Assembly: GCA_021811935.1 (NCBI GenBank) | Contig: JAKAPW010000007.1 | Location: 1 to 32,000 of the forward strand | Direction of reading: 5' to 3' | Origin: an archaeon | Lineage (GTDB): Archaea; Thermoproteota; Nitrososphaeria; Conexivisphaerales; DTJL01 | DNA length: 32,000 bases | Shown here: positions 23,323-32,000 of the stretch, piece by piece | How positions within the stretch are numbered: position 1 is the stretch's first letter | Layout: each line of letters opens with the position of its first letter | Made by a program: the position numbers and the translations under genes | Notes under the pieces: model-generated | Database searches by the model: none | Seen by the model: only the letters and a program-made list of their open reading frames with translations | Told to the model about the DNA's origin: nothing

Positions 23323-24105
23323 ATGGCCTGGCGGGACTGGCGGCGGGTCTACCCCCGCATAGCTTCGGAGTTCAACTACGACCCGCGGACGGACGGGGAG
23401 GCGGCCGCCCTGCTGGCGGGGCTCCTGGCGGAACGCGCCGCCAGGGACTCCGGCGCCCTCCCCAGGCTGTCCGCCCTGTTGCGGGGCTCCTCCGCGTTCG
23501 TCTTCGGGGCGGGGCCGTCCCTCCCGCGCGACGCCGAGCTCTTCATGGCGACCGGTCTCCGGGGCGGCGCATGCCTCGCCGCGGACGGGGCGGCGCGCTG
23601 CCTGCTGTCGCACGGTCTCGTCCCTTCCGTGGTGGTCACCGACCTGGACGGGGGGGCGGAGGGCCTCCTGGAGGCTTCGGCCAGGGGGGCGGTGACCGTC
23701 GTGCACGCCCACGGAGACAACGTGCGGCTACTGGAGGAATGCGTCCCGCTCTTCGAAGGACAGGTCGTCGGCACCACCCAGGTGGACCCCCTCCCGGACG
23801 TCCACAACTTCGGCGGGTTCACGGACGGGGACAGGGCGGTCCTGCTCGCAGGAGGTCTCGGCGCGTCCAGGATAGTGCTTGCCGGGATGGACCTGGGCGG
23901 CGTCGTGGGGATGTATTCGAAGCCCTCGTTGACAGGGGACACGCCCGCCTGGCCGGCCAAGGCGAGGAAGCTGGCGTGGGCAGGGAGGATACTGGAAGAC
24001 TTCGCCCTGTCTTCGCACGCAACGCTATATAACGCCACCTCCGGAGGAAGCGACGTGAAAGGTTTCAAGAGGACGACCTTCGCGGAGCTGGAGGGGTCCG
24101 CATGA
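23323..24105 (+). CDS. mptE: 6-hydroxymethyl-7,8-dihydropterin pyrophosphokinase, archaeal MptE type (DUF115)
   Basis: FGAGPSL....AADGAARCLLSHGLVPSVVVTDLDGG....VVHAHGDN is the DUF115/MptE signature. ATG 23323 lies 23-28 nt downstream of the TATA-like tcaaatat. The track start at 23299 sits inside that TATA. Confidence 0.8.
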   Translation: MAWRDWRRVYPRIASEFNYDPRTDGEAAALLAGLLAERAARDSGALPRLSALLRGSSAFVFGAGPSLPRDAELFMATGLRGGACLAADGAARCLLSHGLVPSVVVTDLDGGAEGLLEASARGAVTVVHAHGDNVRLLEECVPLFEGQVVGTTQVDPLPDVHNFGGFTDGDRAVLLAGGLGASRIVLAGMDLGGVVGMYSKPSLTGDTPAWPAKARKLAWAGRILEDFALSSHATLYNATSGGSDVKGFKRTTFAELEGSA

Positions 24106-24518
24106 AGGACCCGGCGAAGAAATACTTCGACAGGTCCGTCACGGACAGGGAGAGGGCCGTCTTCGAAGGCGGGATAGCCCTGGCGACGATCTACCACAAG
24201 TTCACGGGCCTCCCGGTCACGCCCGACAAGGAGCTGCTGTCGTCCCTCGAGAAGGCCATCGAGCAGAGCGCGTCGAAGCAGCCCTTCAAGGAGGAGGTGC
24301 ACGCCAGGATAAGGGAGGACCTCATGAAGAAGGGCAGGGGCAGCTACGGCTATGACGAGCTCCAGGGGAAGATGCTGGACGTTTCGGTCATGGTGAGGTA
24401 CGGGACCGCCCGGGCGACGCTGCGCGTCAGGTACGTCGAGGACATCGACTACCCCCTGATGTACGTCGAGTCCGTGGACGACGGGGCCCCGCGCCGACGC
24501 GGCGGCCCACAACTTTAA
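24102..24518 (+). CDS. mptD: archaeal-type dihydroneopterin aldolase MptD
   Basis: DRERAVFEGGIALATIYHKFTGLPV....EKAIEQSASKQPF matches the archaeal DHNA family pattern. ATGA overlap with mptE. Confidence 0.8.
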   Translation: MKDPAKKYFDRSVTDRERAVFEGGIALATIYHKFTGLPVTPDKELLSSLEKAIEQSASKQPFKEEVHARIREDLMKKGRGSYGYDELQGKMLDVSVMVRYGTARATLRVRYVEDIDYPLMYVESVDDGAPRRRGGPQL

Positions 24519-24547
24519 ATCGGGTTTCAAGGTGCCGTCCGAACTGC

Positions 24548-25351
24548 ATGGTCCTCGAAGACATCTTCTCCACGTCCCTCCCCATAGTGGGGATGGTCCA
24601 CCTCTCCCCCCTGCCGGGCTCCCCGACGTACGGCGGGCGGATGGACGCGGTGGTCAAGCGCGCCATGGAGGACGCCCGCGCGCTGGAGGAGGGGGGTGTG
24701 GACGGCCTGCTGGTCGAGAACCTGGGGGACGTGCCGTACCACAAGGACGCCGTCCCCCCGGAGACGGTGGCGTCGATGGCGCGCGTGCTGGGAGAACTCG
24801 GGGGGGCCACCGGACTCCCGCTCGGCGTCAACGTCCTGCGTAACGCGTGCACGTCAGCGCTCGCGCTGGCCCACTCCTTCGGCGCCCGCTTCATACGGGC
24901 CAACGTCCTCTCCGAGGCATTCGTGACGGACCAGGGGATCATCGAAGGCTGCGCGGAGAGGCTCCTGCGGGCCAGGAAGGCACTGGGTGCGGAGGAGGTG
25001 CAGATATGGGCCGACGTCCATGTAAAGCACGCGTTCCCGCTATTCCAGAGGAGCATCCAGGACTCTGCAAGGGACATGGTCCAGAGGAGCCTCGCGGACG
25101 CGCTGATAGTGACGGGCGAGAGGACTGGTGCTCCCCCGTCGTTCCGCGACCTGAAGGCGGCGGAGGGGCTGGCACCCGTCGTCGTCGGGAGCGGGCTCGA
25201 AACGGGCAACGCGAGGTCGCTGCTTGCCGCGGCCGGAGGCGGCATAGTGGGCACCCACCTGAAGGAAGGCTCCAAGATAGGAAACCCCGTGGACGTCGAA
25301 AGGGTCAGGGCGTTCATGGAGGAAGTCAAGCGGGTCAGGGCGGGGGTCTGA
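24548..25351 (+). CDS. BtpA/SgcQ-family TIM-barrel protein
   Basis: IVGMVHLSPLPGSPTY....EEGGVDGLLVENLGDVPY....GVNVLRN is the BtpA-family signature. It lies 29 nt downstream of mptD on the same strand. Confidence 0.8.
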   Translation: MVLEDIFSTSLPIVGMVHLSPLPGSPTYGGRMDAVVKRAMEDARALEEGGVDGLLVENLGDVPYHKDAVPPETVASMARVLGELGGATGLPLGVNVLRNACTSALALAHSFGARFIRANVLSEAFVTDQGIIEGCAERLLRARKALGAEEVQIWADVHVKHAFPLFQRSIQDSARDMVQRSLADALIVTGERTGAPPSFRDLKAAEGLAPVVVGSGLETGNARSLLAAAGGGIVGTHLKEGSKIGNPVDVERVRAFMEEVKRVRAGV

Positions 25352-25510
25352 GGTCCGCCTCCTGGCGAAGAGCGGACGCCTGCGGCACGTCCGGAGCGGA
25401 TGGCGGCTTCGGTCTCGGCCGTACTGCGCTGGAACGACCATCCACGTTTCAGCAGAGGCCATTCAGGAACGGCATACATCCGCCGAACGAATCCGGTGGT
25501 TTCTTGTCGT

Positions 25511-25520
25511 ATTTTTATAA
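25511..25520 (+). promoter_or_regulatory. TATA box of the aldehyde dehydrogenase gene
   Basis: atttttataa lies 26-35 nt upstream of ATG 25546. Confidence 0.45.
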
Positions 25521-25545
25521 GCACGCGATGTGGCGTTCCAACGTC

Positions 25546-27027
25546 ATGGCACCGAAGGTCCAGAAGTACGGGATGTACATCGACGGCGAATGGGTCGACT
25601 CGGAAGCGGGCAAGACGATTCACGTGGTCAACCCGTCCAACGAAGTGACGCTGGCGACCGTTCCGGAGGGGACGAGGGAAGAAGCCAAGGCCGCACTCGA
25701 CGCGGCCGCCAGGGCGCAGCCGGAGTGGGAGGACCTCGCGCCGCTTCAGAGGGCGTCGTACCTGCACCGGATCGCCGGGCTGATAAGAAGGGACAGGGAG
25801 AGGCTCGCCGGGATACTGACCGCCGAGCAGGGCAAGCCGCTCTACGAGGCAAGGCTGGAGATAGACGGGTCCGCGGCCAACTTCGAATTCTACGCGGAAT
25901 ACGCCAGAAGGATCGAAGGGGACGTGCTCCCGAGCGACAATCCAAGGCAGACGGTGATGATACTGAAGCTCCCAATAGGGGTGGTCGCCTCCATCACGCC
26001 GTGGAACTTTCCGTCCGCTACGGTCGCCAGGAAGCTGGCACCGGCCCTCATCACGGGGAACACGGTCGTGACGAAACCATCCAGCAACACTCCGCTCAGC
26101 ACGATAGAACTGGCCAAGCTGGCCGAAGAGGCGCGCCTCCCGAAGGGAGTCCTGAACGTGGTAACGGGGGGCGGGGCCGAGGTCGGAGACGAGCTCGTGA
26201 CAAACAGGAAGACGGGGCTGATAACGATGACCGGGAGCACCACGGCCGGGAAGAAGATAATGGAACGGGCGTCGAACCACGTCGCAAAGCTCATCCTCGA
26301 ACTCGGAGGGAAGGCGCCGCTGATCGTCTGGCACGATGCGGACATGGAGTGGGCACTGCGGTGTGCGATCTGGGCCCGCTTCTGGAACTGCGGCCAGACG
26401 TGCATCTGCTCCGAACGGATGTACGTGGACGAGAAGGTGAGGGACAGGTTTGTCCCTGCGTTCGTAAGGATGGCAAAAGAGCTCAGGGTCGGCGACCCGG
26501 TCGACCCCGCCACGGACATCGGACCGATGGTGAGCAAGGAAGAAAGAGAGACTAGCGAACGGTTCGTCGAGAAAGCCAGGGAAGAAGGCGGGAAGATACT
26601 GGCGGGTGGCTCGGGACCCAGGAGGGACGGCTGGTTCTTCGCCCCCACCGTCATAGAGGGGGTACCGCAGGAGTCTCCCCTGGTCCAGGAGGAGATCTTC
26701 GGTCCCGTCGTCCCCGTACTGGGCGTCGACGATTTCGACGAGGCGTTGGATTATGCGAACGACTCGAAGTACGGCCTGGCGTCGTACGTCTTCACCAAGG
26801 ACAACACCCGGGTGATGAAGGCGATGCACAAGATAAAGTTCGGCGAATGCTACATAAACCAGGTCGGGCCGGAGCAGCTCCAGGGAGCGCACACCGGATT
26901 CAGGGAGTCCGGCCTTGGGGCCGAGGGTTCGAAATACGGGTTGGAGTGCTATACACAGCTCAAGACGTGCTACGTGGACTGGAGCGAAAAGCCGGACCTG
27001 CCCTACCTCTTCCCATACAGGGGATAG
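25546..27027 (+). CDS. NAD(P)-dependent aldehyde dehydrogenase (lactaldehyde/succinate-semialdehyde DH-like)
   Basis: ITPWNFP, ELGGKAP and the catalytic Cys context GQTCICSERMYV, plus EEIFGPV. 493 aa from the internal ATG. The upstream 233 aa of the track ORF overlap btpA out of frame. Confidence 0.9.
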   Translation: MAPKVQKYGMYIDGEWVDSEAGKTIHVVNPSNEVTLATVPEGTREEAKAALDAAARAQPEWEDLAPLQRASYLHRIAGLIRRDRERLAGILTAEQGKPLYEARLEIDGSAANFEFYAEYARRIEGDVLPSDNPRQTVMILKLPIGVVASITPWNFPSATVARKLAPALITGNTVVTKPSSNTPLSTIELAKLAEEARLPKGVLNVVTGGGAEVGDELVTNRKTGLITMTGSTTAGKKIMERASNHVAKLILELGGKAPLIVWHDADMEWALRCAIWARFWNCGQTCICSERMYVDEKVRDRFVPAFVRMAKELRVGDPVDPATDIGPMVSKEERETSERFVEKAREEGGKILAGGSGPRRDGWFFAPTVIEGVPQESPLVQEEIFGPVVPVLGVDDFDEALDYANDSKYGLASYVFTKDNTRVMKAMHKIKFGECYINQVGPEQLQGAHTGFRESGLGAEGSKYGLECYTQLKTCYVDWSEKPDLPYLFPYRG

Positions 27028-27179
27028 CGGAAGGACCCGGCCCGGAACGACGGGGCCGACCCATTCTTCGGCCGGAAGCCGCAAAGCGTCGGGCGCTACG
27101 ACGCACCCGGGCCGTTGTCGACGCCTGCTCCGCGGAGGCCGACGGGCTTCGGCGGCTGGTAGCCGACCAACGTTTATAC

Positions 27180-28049
27180 ATGGTAGCCCCGTCCGCGAGG
27201 ACGGGCTGGAAGTTGCTGGCATTCGCTTTTATGCTGCTGCTCTTCGTGGTCTCCATACTGGCCGGCGCGATAGGCGCCGTGGTCGGCCTCGGGGGTGGCG
27301 TCATCATCATCCCGGTGCTCACGCTGCTGATGGGCGTGGACATCCACTTCGCCATAGGCGCGAGCATAGTCTCGGTCATAGCCACGTCCAGTGGCGCGGC
27401 GGCCACCTACGTCAAGGACAAGATAACCAACCTCAGGGTGGGCATGTTCCTCGAGCTGGCCACCACCACGGGCGCCATATGCGGCGCCGCCGTGGCCGCC
27501 TACACGAACTCCACGATCCTTGAGGCAGTCTTCGGGGTGGTCCTTCTGGTCTCCCTCGCCCCCCTCCTGAAGAAGATAGGGGAGGACCTCCCGCCGCCCG
27601 TGGAGCTCAGGGGACTGGCAAAGAGGCTCGGGCTGCGCGGCTCGTACGTCGAGCGCGACGGCAGGCAGGTGGACTACAACACGACAAACGTCAAGAGGGG
27701 GCTCGTCGGCATGTATGTCGCCGGGCTGATATCCGGCCTGCTCGGGATAGGCAGCGGGACGTTCAAGGTCATCTCCATGGACCTGGCCATGAAGCTTCCC
27801 ATGAAGGTCTCCACCACCACGTCCAACTTCATGATAGGCGTCACGGCGGCGGCCAGCGCGGGCATATACTTCGCGCGCGGCGACGTCAATCCGTTCATCG
27901 CGGCGCCGGTCGCGCTCGGGATACTCGTCGGCGCGTCCATCGGGAGCAGGCTGCTGGTGAGGTCCAGGAATTCGACCGTGAGGAAGGTCTTCGCCGTGGT
28001 GCTCGGCCTCTCGGCGATAGAGATGATATTGAGGGCGGCGGGGCTATGA
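27180..28049 (+). CDS. TauE/SafE (DUF81) family membrane transporter
   Basis: GAIGAVVGLGGGVIIIPVLTLLMG and a second repeat LLGIGSGTFKVISM. The start is uncertain: a TATA-like tttata sits directly before ATG 27180, so TTG 27213 or ATG 27231 are possible. Confidence 0.85.
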   Translation: MVAPSARTGWKLLAFAFMLLLFVVSILAGAIGAVVGLGGGVIIIPVLTLLMGVDIHFAIGASIVSVIATSSGAAATYVKDKITNLRVGMFLELATTTGAICGAAVAAYTNSTILEAVFGVVLLVSLAPLLKKIGEDLPPPVELRGLAKRLGLRGSYVERDGRQVDYNTTNVKRGLVGMYVAGLISGLLGIGSGTFKVISMDLAMKLPMKVSTTTSNFMIGVTAAASAGIYFARGDVNPFIAAPVALGILVGASIGSRLLVRSRNSTVRKVFAVVLGLSAIEMILRAAGL

Positions 28050-28447
28050 AGAGCGACGAGATGAACGGGATGATAAGCAACGTCCTCCGCTACGGCGTCG
28101 TGCTTTCGAGCGCGATAGTCGCGGTCGGGGCGGCGCTCTTCCTGGCGCGCTACTCTTCCGCGGATTCGGCGTCCCTCCTGGCGTATTGCAGGAGCTGCGT
28201 CCCCCACGGCGACTTCAGCGTCGACCCGGCCCGCATCCTGGCCGGCCTCCTTTCGCTGGACCCCTTCTCCGTCATAGAGGTGGGCATCCTGGTCCTCCTG
28301 GCCACCCCCGTGGTCCGCGTCGCGATGTCCGTGCTCATCTTCGCGGCCGAGAAGGACCGCGCGTACGTCGTGGTCACCCTGGCCGTCCTGCTCCTCCTCC
28401 TCTTCAGCATACTGGTGACGCCGTTCATCCCGCTCTTCCACGCCTAG
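28046..28447 (+). CDS. DUF1634-family membrane protein (usual partner of DUF81 transporters)
   Basis: ISNVLRYGVVLSSAIVAVGAALFLA.... is a 4-TM pattern. ATGA overlap with the TauE-like gene. Confidence 0.75.
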   Translation: MKSDEMNGMISNVLRYGVVLSSAIVAVGAALFLARYSSADSASLLAYCRSCVPHGDFSVDPARILAGLLSLDPFSVIEVGILVLLATPVVRVAMSVLIFAAEKDRAYVVVTLAVLLLLLFSILVTPFIPLFHA

Positions 28448-28464
28448 CCGTGTGGCAAAAGGAT

Positions 28465-29808
28465 ATGAAGAGACGGCGGCACCCAGTGGGTCGGAAGATG
28501 TCGCTGGAAGGGTACAGGGGGAGGCTCCTGGAACTGCTCAGGTCGGCCGGGGCTTCGGTGGGCGACGAGCTGGTGGTCTCCACCGCCTCCGGGGACGTGG
28601 AAGGGACGCTCATGCCACGGTACCAGCTCTCCGACCAGCTGCACCTGGTCCTCAAGCTGAAGAACGGCTACAACGTCGGGATGGCGCTCGGACGGATATC
28701 CGGCGTCAGGGTCAAGGGGAAGGGGCGCGAGCCGTCCTTCTCCCCTCCCCCGAGGCCGCGGGCGACGGCCGGGCTGCCGAAGGTGCTCATACTGGGAACG
28801 GGAGGGACGATCGCGAGCAGGGTGGACTACAGGACTGGAGGGGTGAAGGCCGCCCTTTCGTCCGAAGAGCTGTATCACCTCGTCCCCGAGCTGTCCGGCA
28901 TAGCCGACATATCGACCGAGGCGACGATGAACATCTACAGCGAAAACATGACGGCGGAGCACTGGTCCGCGCTGGCGCGCAGGGCGGGCGACGCTCTGAA
29001 GGAGGGCTTCGACGGCATAGTGGTGACGCACGGCACGGACACCATGCACTACACCTCCGCCGCCCTCTCCTTCGCCCTGGACTCGCCCCCGGTCCCGGTG
29101 GTCCTGGTCGGCTCGCAGCGTTCGTCCGACAGGCCGTCGTCGGACTCCGCGACAAACCTGATCGGGGCCGTCACCTTCGCCGCAAGGGCGCCCGTCTCGG
29201 GCGTCTTCGTGGTGATGCACGCCGGCCCGGGCGACGACGAGCTGGCGATCCACGCCGGGGTCAGGGTCAGGAAGCTCCACACGAGCCGCAGGGACGCCTT
29301 CCGCTCCGTCAACGGCGCCCCCGCCGGCACGATGAAGGACGGCGAGATGCGCCTGGACCAGTCCCTCCCCCCCAGGAGGAGCGGAGCGGCCGGCCTCTCC
29401 GTCATTCCCGGCTTCGACGGGCGCGCCTCCCTGCTGAAGGTGTACCCTGGCTTCCACTCCTCCCTGATAGGGGACCTGGTCAGGGGCGGGTGCAGGGGCA
29501 TCGTCCTGGAGGGGACCGGGCTGGGCCACGCCCCCTCGTCCTCGTACGCCGACATAGCGGACGCGGCGAAGTCGGGCGTCTTCGTCGGCATGTCCAGCCA
29601 ATGCATGAACGGCAGCGTCCGCATGACCGTCTACGACACTGGGAGGGACCTGGCGAAGCTGGGGGTGGTCCCCCTGGGGGACATGCTGTCGGAGGTGGCC
29701 CTGGTGAAGCTGATGTGGCTGCTCGGGCAGGGATACGATTCCCCGAAGGTCGCCGACATGATGACGAAGAACCTCAGGGGGGAGCTCCGGGAGAGGCGAC
29801 CGCTGTGA
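28465..29808 (+). CDS. gatD: Glu-tRNA(Gln) amidotransferase subunit D
   Basis: Asparaginase-like core VLILGTGGTIASRVDYRTGGV and VVTHGTDTM. ATG 28465 (or 28498, MSLEGY). The upstream part of the track ORF is out-of-frame overlap. Confidence 0.9.
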   Translation: MKRRRHPVGRKMSLEGYRGRLLELLRSAGASVGDELVVSTASGDVEGTLMPRYQLSDQLHLVLKLKNGYNVGMALGRISGVRVKGKGREPSFSPPPRPRATAGLPKVLILGTGGTIASRVDYRTGGVKAALSSEELYHLVPELSGIADISTEATMNIYSENMTAEHWSALARRAGDALKEGFDGIVVTHGTDTMHYTSAALSFALDSPPVPVVLVGSQRSSDRPSSDSATNLIGAVTFAARAPVSGVFVVMHAGPGDDELAIHAGVRVRKLHTSRRDAFRSVNGAPAGTMKDGEMRLDQSLPPRRSGAAGLSVIPGFDGRASLLKVYPGFHSSLIGDLVRGGCRGIVLEGTGLGHAPSSSYADIADAAKSGVFVGMSSQCMNGSVRMTVYDTGRDLAKLGVVPLGDMLSEVALVKLMWLLGQGYDSPKVADMMTKNLRGELRERRPL

Positions 29809-31715
29809 CGGCCGAGCTCGACCCCCAGAAGACCGGCCTGAAGGTGGGGCTGGAGATACACAGGCAGGTGGCCAGCCGCCGCAAGCTCTTCTGCGGCTGC
29901 CCCCCCGGCAGGGAAGAGGGCGGGGCGTCCTTCAGCAGGAAGTTCAGGCCGAGCGAAAGCGAACTGGGCGAGGTGGACCCGGCGGCGGTCTTCGAGGCGA
30001 GGAAGGAGACCTGGGCCACATACCATGCCGGCGGCTCCTCAAGCTGCCTGGTGGAGGCGGACGAGGAGCCACCCCACGAGGTCGACCCGTACGCCCTGGA
30101 GGCCTCCCTCGTGGTGAGCAGGATGCTGCGCTGCGAGGTGGTGGACGAGATCCAGGTGATGCGGAAGACCGTGATCGACGGGTCCAACACGTCTGGCTTT
30201 CAGAGGACCATGGTGGTGGGGGCGGGGGGCGTCTTCGTCCACGAGGGAGAGGAGATAGGCGTCCAGACCGTTACGCTGGAGGAGGACGCGGCCCGCATCC
30301 TCGAAGGGAAGGCGGGGGAGAGGCTCTATGCGCTGGACAGGCTCGGCACCCCGCTGATAGAGGTGTCCCTGGCCCCCGTGACCGCCTCCCCCAGGCGCGT
30401 CCAGGCGGTCGCCCTGGCCCTCGGGCGGCTCCTGAAGTCCACGGGCAGGATGGAGAAGGGGCTGGGCTCGGTCAGGCAGGACATCAACGTGTCGGTCGGC
30501 GGCGGCCAGATAGTGGAGGTGAAGGGCGTCCAGCAGCTGGACCTGGTCTCCAGGGTGCTCGAATATGAGGTGCGGCGGCAGCTCTGGCTCAACGAGCTGG
30601 CGGGGACCCTCCTGGCCTCCGGGCTCACCGAAGGGGACCTGGCCCAGCCGGTGGTGGACGTGAGCCGCGTCCTCCAGGGTACGGGGAGCAAGGTGGTGCA
30701 GGCGGGGCTGAAGAAGGGGGGCGCCGCGCTCGCGATGCGCGTCCCGCTGATGTCCTCCCTCCTGGGAAGGGAGCCGGTCCCGGGCGTCAGGCTGGGCAGG
30801 GAGCTCTCCGACGTGGCGAGGTTCTACAGGCTCGGCGGCCTGTTCCACTCCGACGAGCTGCCGGGGAACGGGGTAGCCGAGGGGGAGGTGGAGGCGCTGA
30901 AGGACGGGCTGGGCTGCGGCCCCGGGGACGCGTTCGTGCTGCTTGTGGGCGAACCCGACAGGGTGAGGCTCTGCATGGACGCGCTGTCGAAGAGGCTCCA
31001 GCAGGCCCTGAAGGGGACGCCCGCCGAGACCAGGATGGCCACGCAGGACGGGGAGACAAGGTTCATCAGGCCCCGCCCCGGCTCGGCCAGGATGTACCCG
31101 GAGACGGACATCCCCCCCGTCCCCGTCGACTCGGACTTCCTTGGGCGCATAGACGGGCTGGTCCCTCCCCCCTGGGAGGAGCAGGTCAGGGACGTCATGA
31201 AGAAGTACGGCCTGGGGGGGGAGCAGGCGGAGAGGATTCTCGACTCCGACCACTACCAGCTCTTCGTCCGTTCCGTGCCGAACCTGAGACTGCAGCCCAC
31301 CTACGTCGCCACGCTGCTGACCGAGACGGTGGTCAGCCTCAGGCGCGAAGGGCTGGACGCGTCCGCGCTCACGGAGGCGACCCTGTCTTCCCTCCTCTCC
31401 CTGATCTCCCAGGGGGCGGTGGCGAAGGAGGCGGCCCACGACGTGCTGGCCGCCGTGATCAGGGGGGACGCGAAGGACGTGGAGGGGGCGGTGTCCCTGC
31501 TCCAGGTGCGCGGCATATCCGGGGAGGAGCTGGGCAGGGTGATAGACGGCGTGCTGGAGGCGGAGGGGAGGCTGCTCCAGGAGAAGAAGATGGAGGCATT
31601 CAGCGCGCTGATGGGGAGCGTGATGGCGGAGGTCAGGGGGAAGGCGGACGGGGCCGCGGTGAGCGGGATGCTCAGGGAGAAGATGAGGCTGAAACTGGGC
31701 GCCGGACAGGAATAG
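29805..31715 (+). CDS. gatE: Glu-tRNA(Gln) amidotransferase subunit E
   Basis: GLKVGLEIHRQVASRRKLFCGC N-terminal signature and GatB/YqeY-like C-terminus. GTG 29805 forms GTGA with the gatD stop. The 1087-aa track ORF is an artefact upstream of this point. Confidence 0.9.
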   Translation: MTAELDPQKTGLKVGLEIHRQVASRRKLFCGCPPGREEGGASFSRKFRPSESELGEVDPAAVFEARKETWATYHAGGSSSCLVEADEEPPHEVDPYALEASLVVSRMLRCEVVDEIQVMRKTVIDGSNTSGFQRTMVVGAGGVFVHEGEEIGVQTVTLEEDAARILEGKAGERLYALDRLGTPLIEVSLAPVTASPRRVQAVALALGRLLKSTGRMEKGLGSVRQDINVSVGGGQIVEVKGVQQLDLVSRVLEYEVRRQLWLNELAGTLLASGLTEGDLAQPVVDVSRVLQGTGSKVVQAGLKKGGAALAMRVPLMSSLLGREPVPGVRLGRELSDVARFYRLGGLFHSDELPGNGVAEGEVEALKDGLGCGPGDAFVLLVGEPDRVRLCMDALSKRLQQALKGTPAETRMATQDGETRFIRPRPGSARMYPETDIPPVPVDSDFLGRIDGLVPPPWEEQVRDVMKKYGLGGEQAERILDSDHYQLFVRSVPNLRLQPTYVATLLTETVVSLRREGLDASALTEATLSSLLSLISQGAVAKEAAHDVLAAVIRGDAKDVEGAVSLLQVRGISGEELGRVIDGVLEAEGRLLQEKKMEAFSALMGSVMAEVRGKADGAAVSGMLREKMRLKLGAGQE

Positions 31716-31745
31716 ATATAATGCACCGTAACATGTGCGTTTTCC

Positions 31746-32000
31746 ATGTCTTCGGCCAACGTAAGGATCAGGGTCAGGGCCGGTGCAAACGAGGCGGAAA
31801 TAGAGGCCCCGAAGGATGAGCTGGAAGGCATGATAGGGATGATACCCGACATCCTGAGCAGGATGGGCACCGCCCCCCTTGGGCGGGCTGAGGCGGTCCC
31901 CAGGGAACTCCCCGACATCAGGGTCGAGAAGGGGGAGTCACTGCCCTCCATCGTCTCCAAGCTCTTCTTCTCCCAGTGGGGGAGGCAGCCGAGGAAGCTG
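31746..32000 (+). CDS. hypothetical protein, 5' partial (runs off the window)
   Basis: ATG 31746 lies about 26 nt downstream of the TATA-like gatataat (31714-31722). 85 codons are open to the window end with GC-rich third positions. The overlapping minus ORF 31301..31960 is Ser/Pro-rich antisense. Confidence 0.5.
   Translation, partial: MSSANVRIRVRAGANEAEIEAPKDELEGMIGMIPDILSRMGTAPLGRAEAVPRELPDIRVEKGESLPSIVSKLFFSQWGRQPRKL

Noticed and set aside
24847-25545. N-terminal 233 codons of the 726-aa ORF containing the aldehyde dehydrogenase.
   Set aside because: They overlap the BtpA-family gene out of frame and are Arg/Gly-rich. A TATA box and ATG 25546 immediately precede the conserved ALDH N-terminus. 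Similar trimming was applied to 26847..27179, 2441..2686, 16274..16411 and 28186..28464.
28452-31715. 1087-aa plus-strand ORF that looks like one giant gene.
   Set aside because: The first ~450 codons are an alternative frame of gatD (Arg/Gly/Pro-rich). The recognisable GatE sequence begins at GTG 29805, which overlaps the gatD stop.
1-32000. CRISPR array, rRNA genes, or long tandem repeats.
   Set aside because: Reading through all spacers found no regularly spaced direct repeats of 24-40 nt, and no rRNA-like conserved blocks. The only repeats found are the att-like and palindromic copies reported above.

Overview
High-GC archaeal chromosomal window. Archaeal hallmarks are GatD/GatE, a CetZ tubulin homologue, archaeal-type GlyRS, the MptD/MptE pterin enzymes, TATA boxes about 25-30 nt upstream of start codons, and an intron-containing tRNA. 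Layout: 0.6-3.7 kb CetZ module. 3.76-3.89 kb tRNA-Gln(CUG) carrying two introns. 4.0-5.8 kb four-gene, translationally coupled KaiC-like ATPase operon. 5.85-8.76 kb toxin-antitoxin island with three PIN modules using three antitoxin types, plus a decayed PIN and an IS200-like remnant. 8.8-15.1 kb mobile/accessory island delimited by copies of the 3' end of tRNA-Arg(CCG). It holds two decayed DDE transposases, an intact IS110-family transposase, an Arch-ATPase, an orphan AbrB and a Doc toxin. 15.3-32 kb housekeeping genes: class II aldolase, YbjQ, GlyRS, MntH, a Rieske/cytochrome b operon, a pterin cluster (DHPS-like, MptE, MptD, BtpA-like), aldehyde dehydrogenase, TauE/DUF1634 and GatD/GatE. 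I saw no rRNA gene and no CRISPR array. Many long ORFs in the track are antisense or out-of-frame artefacts of high GC. Several track ORFs begin at TTG/GTG or carry spurious N-terminal extensions, and I trimmed those.
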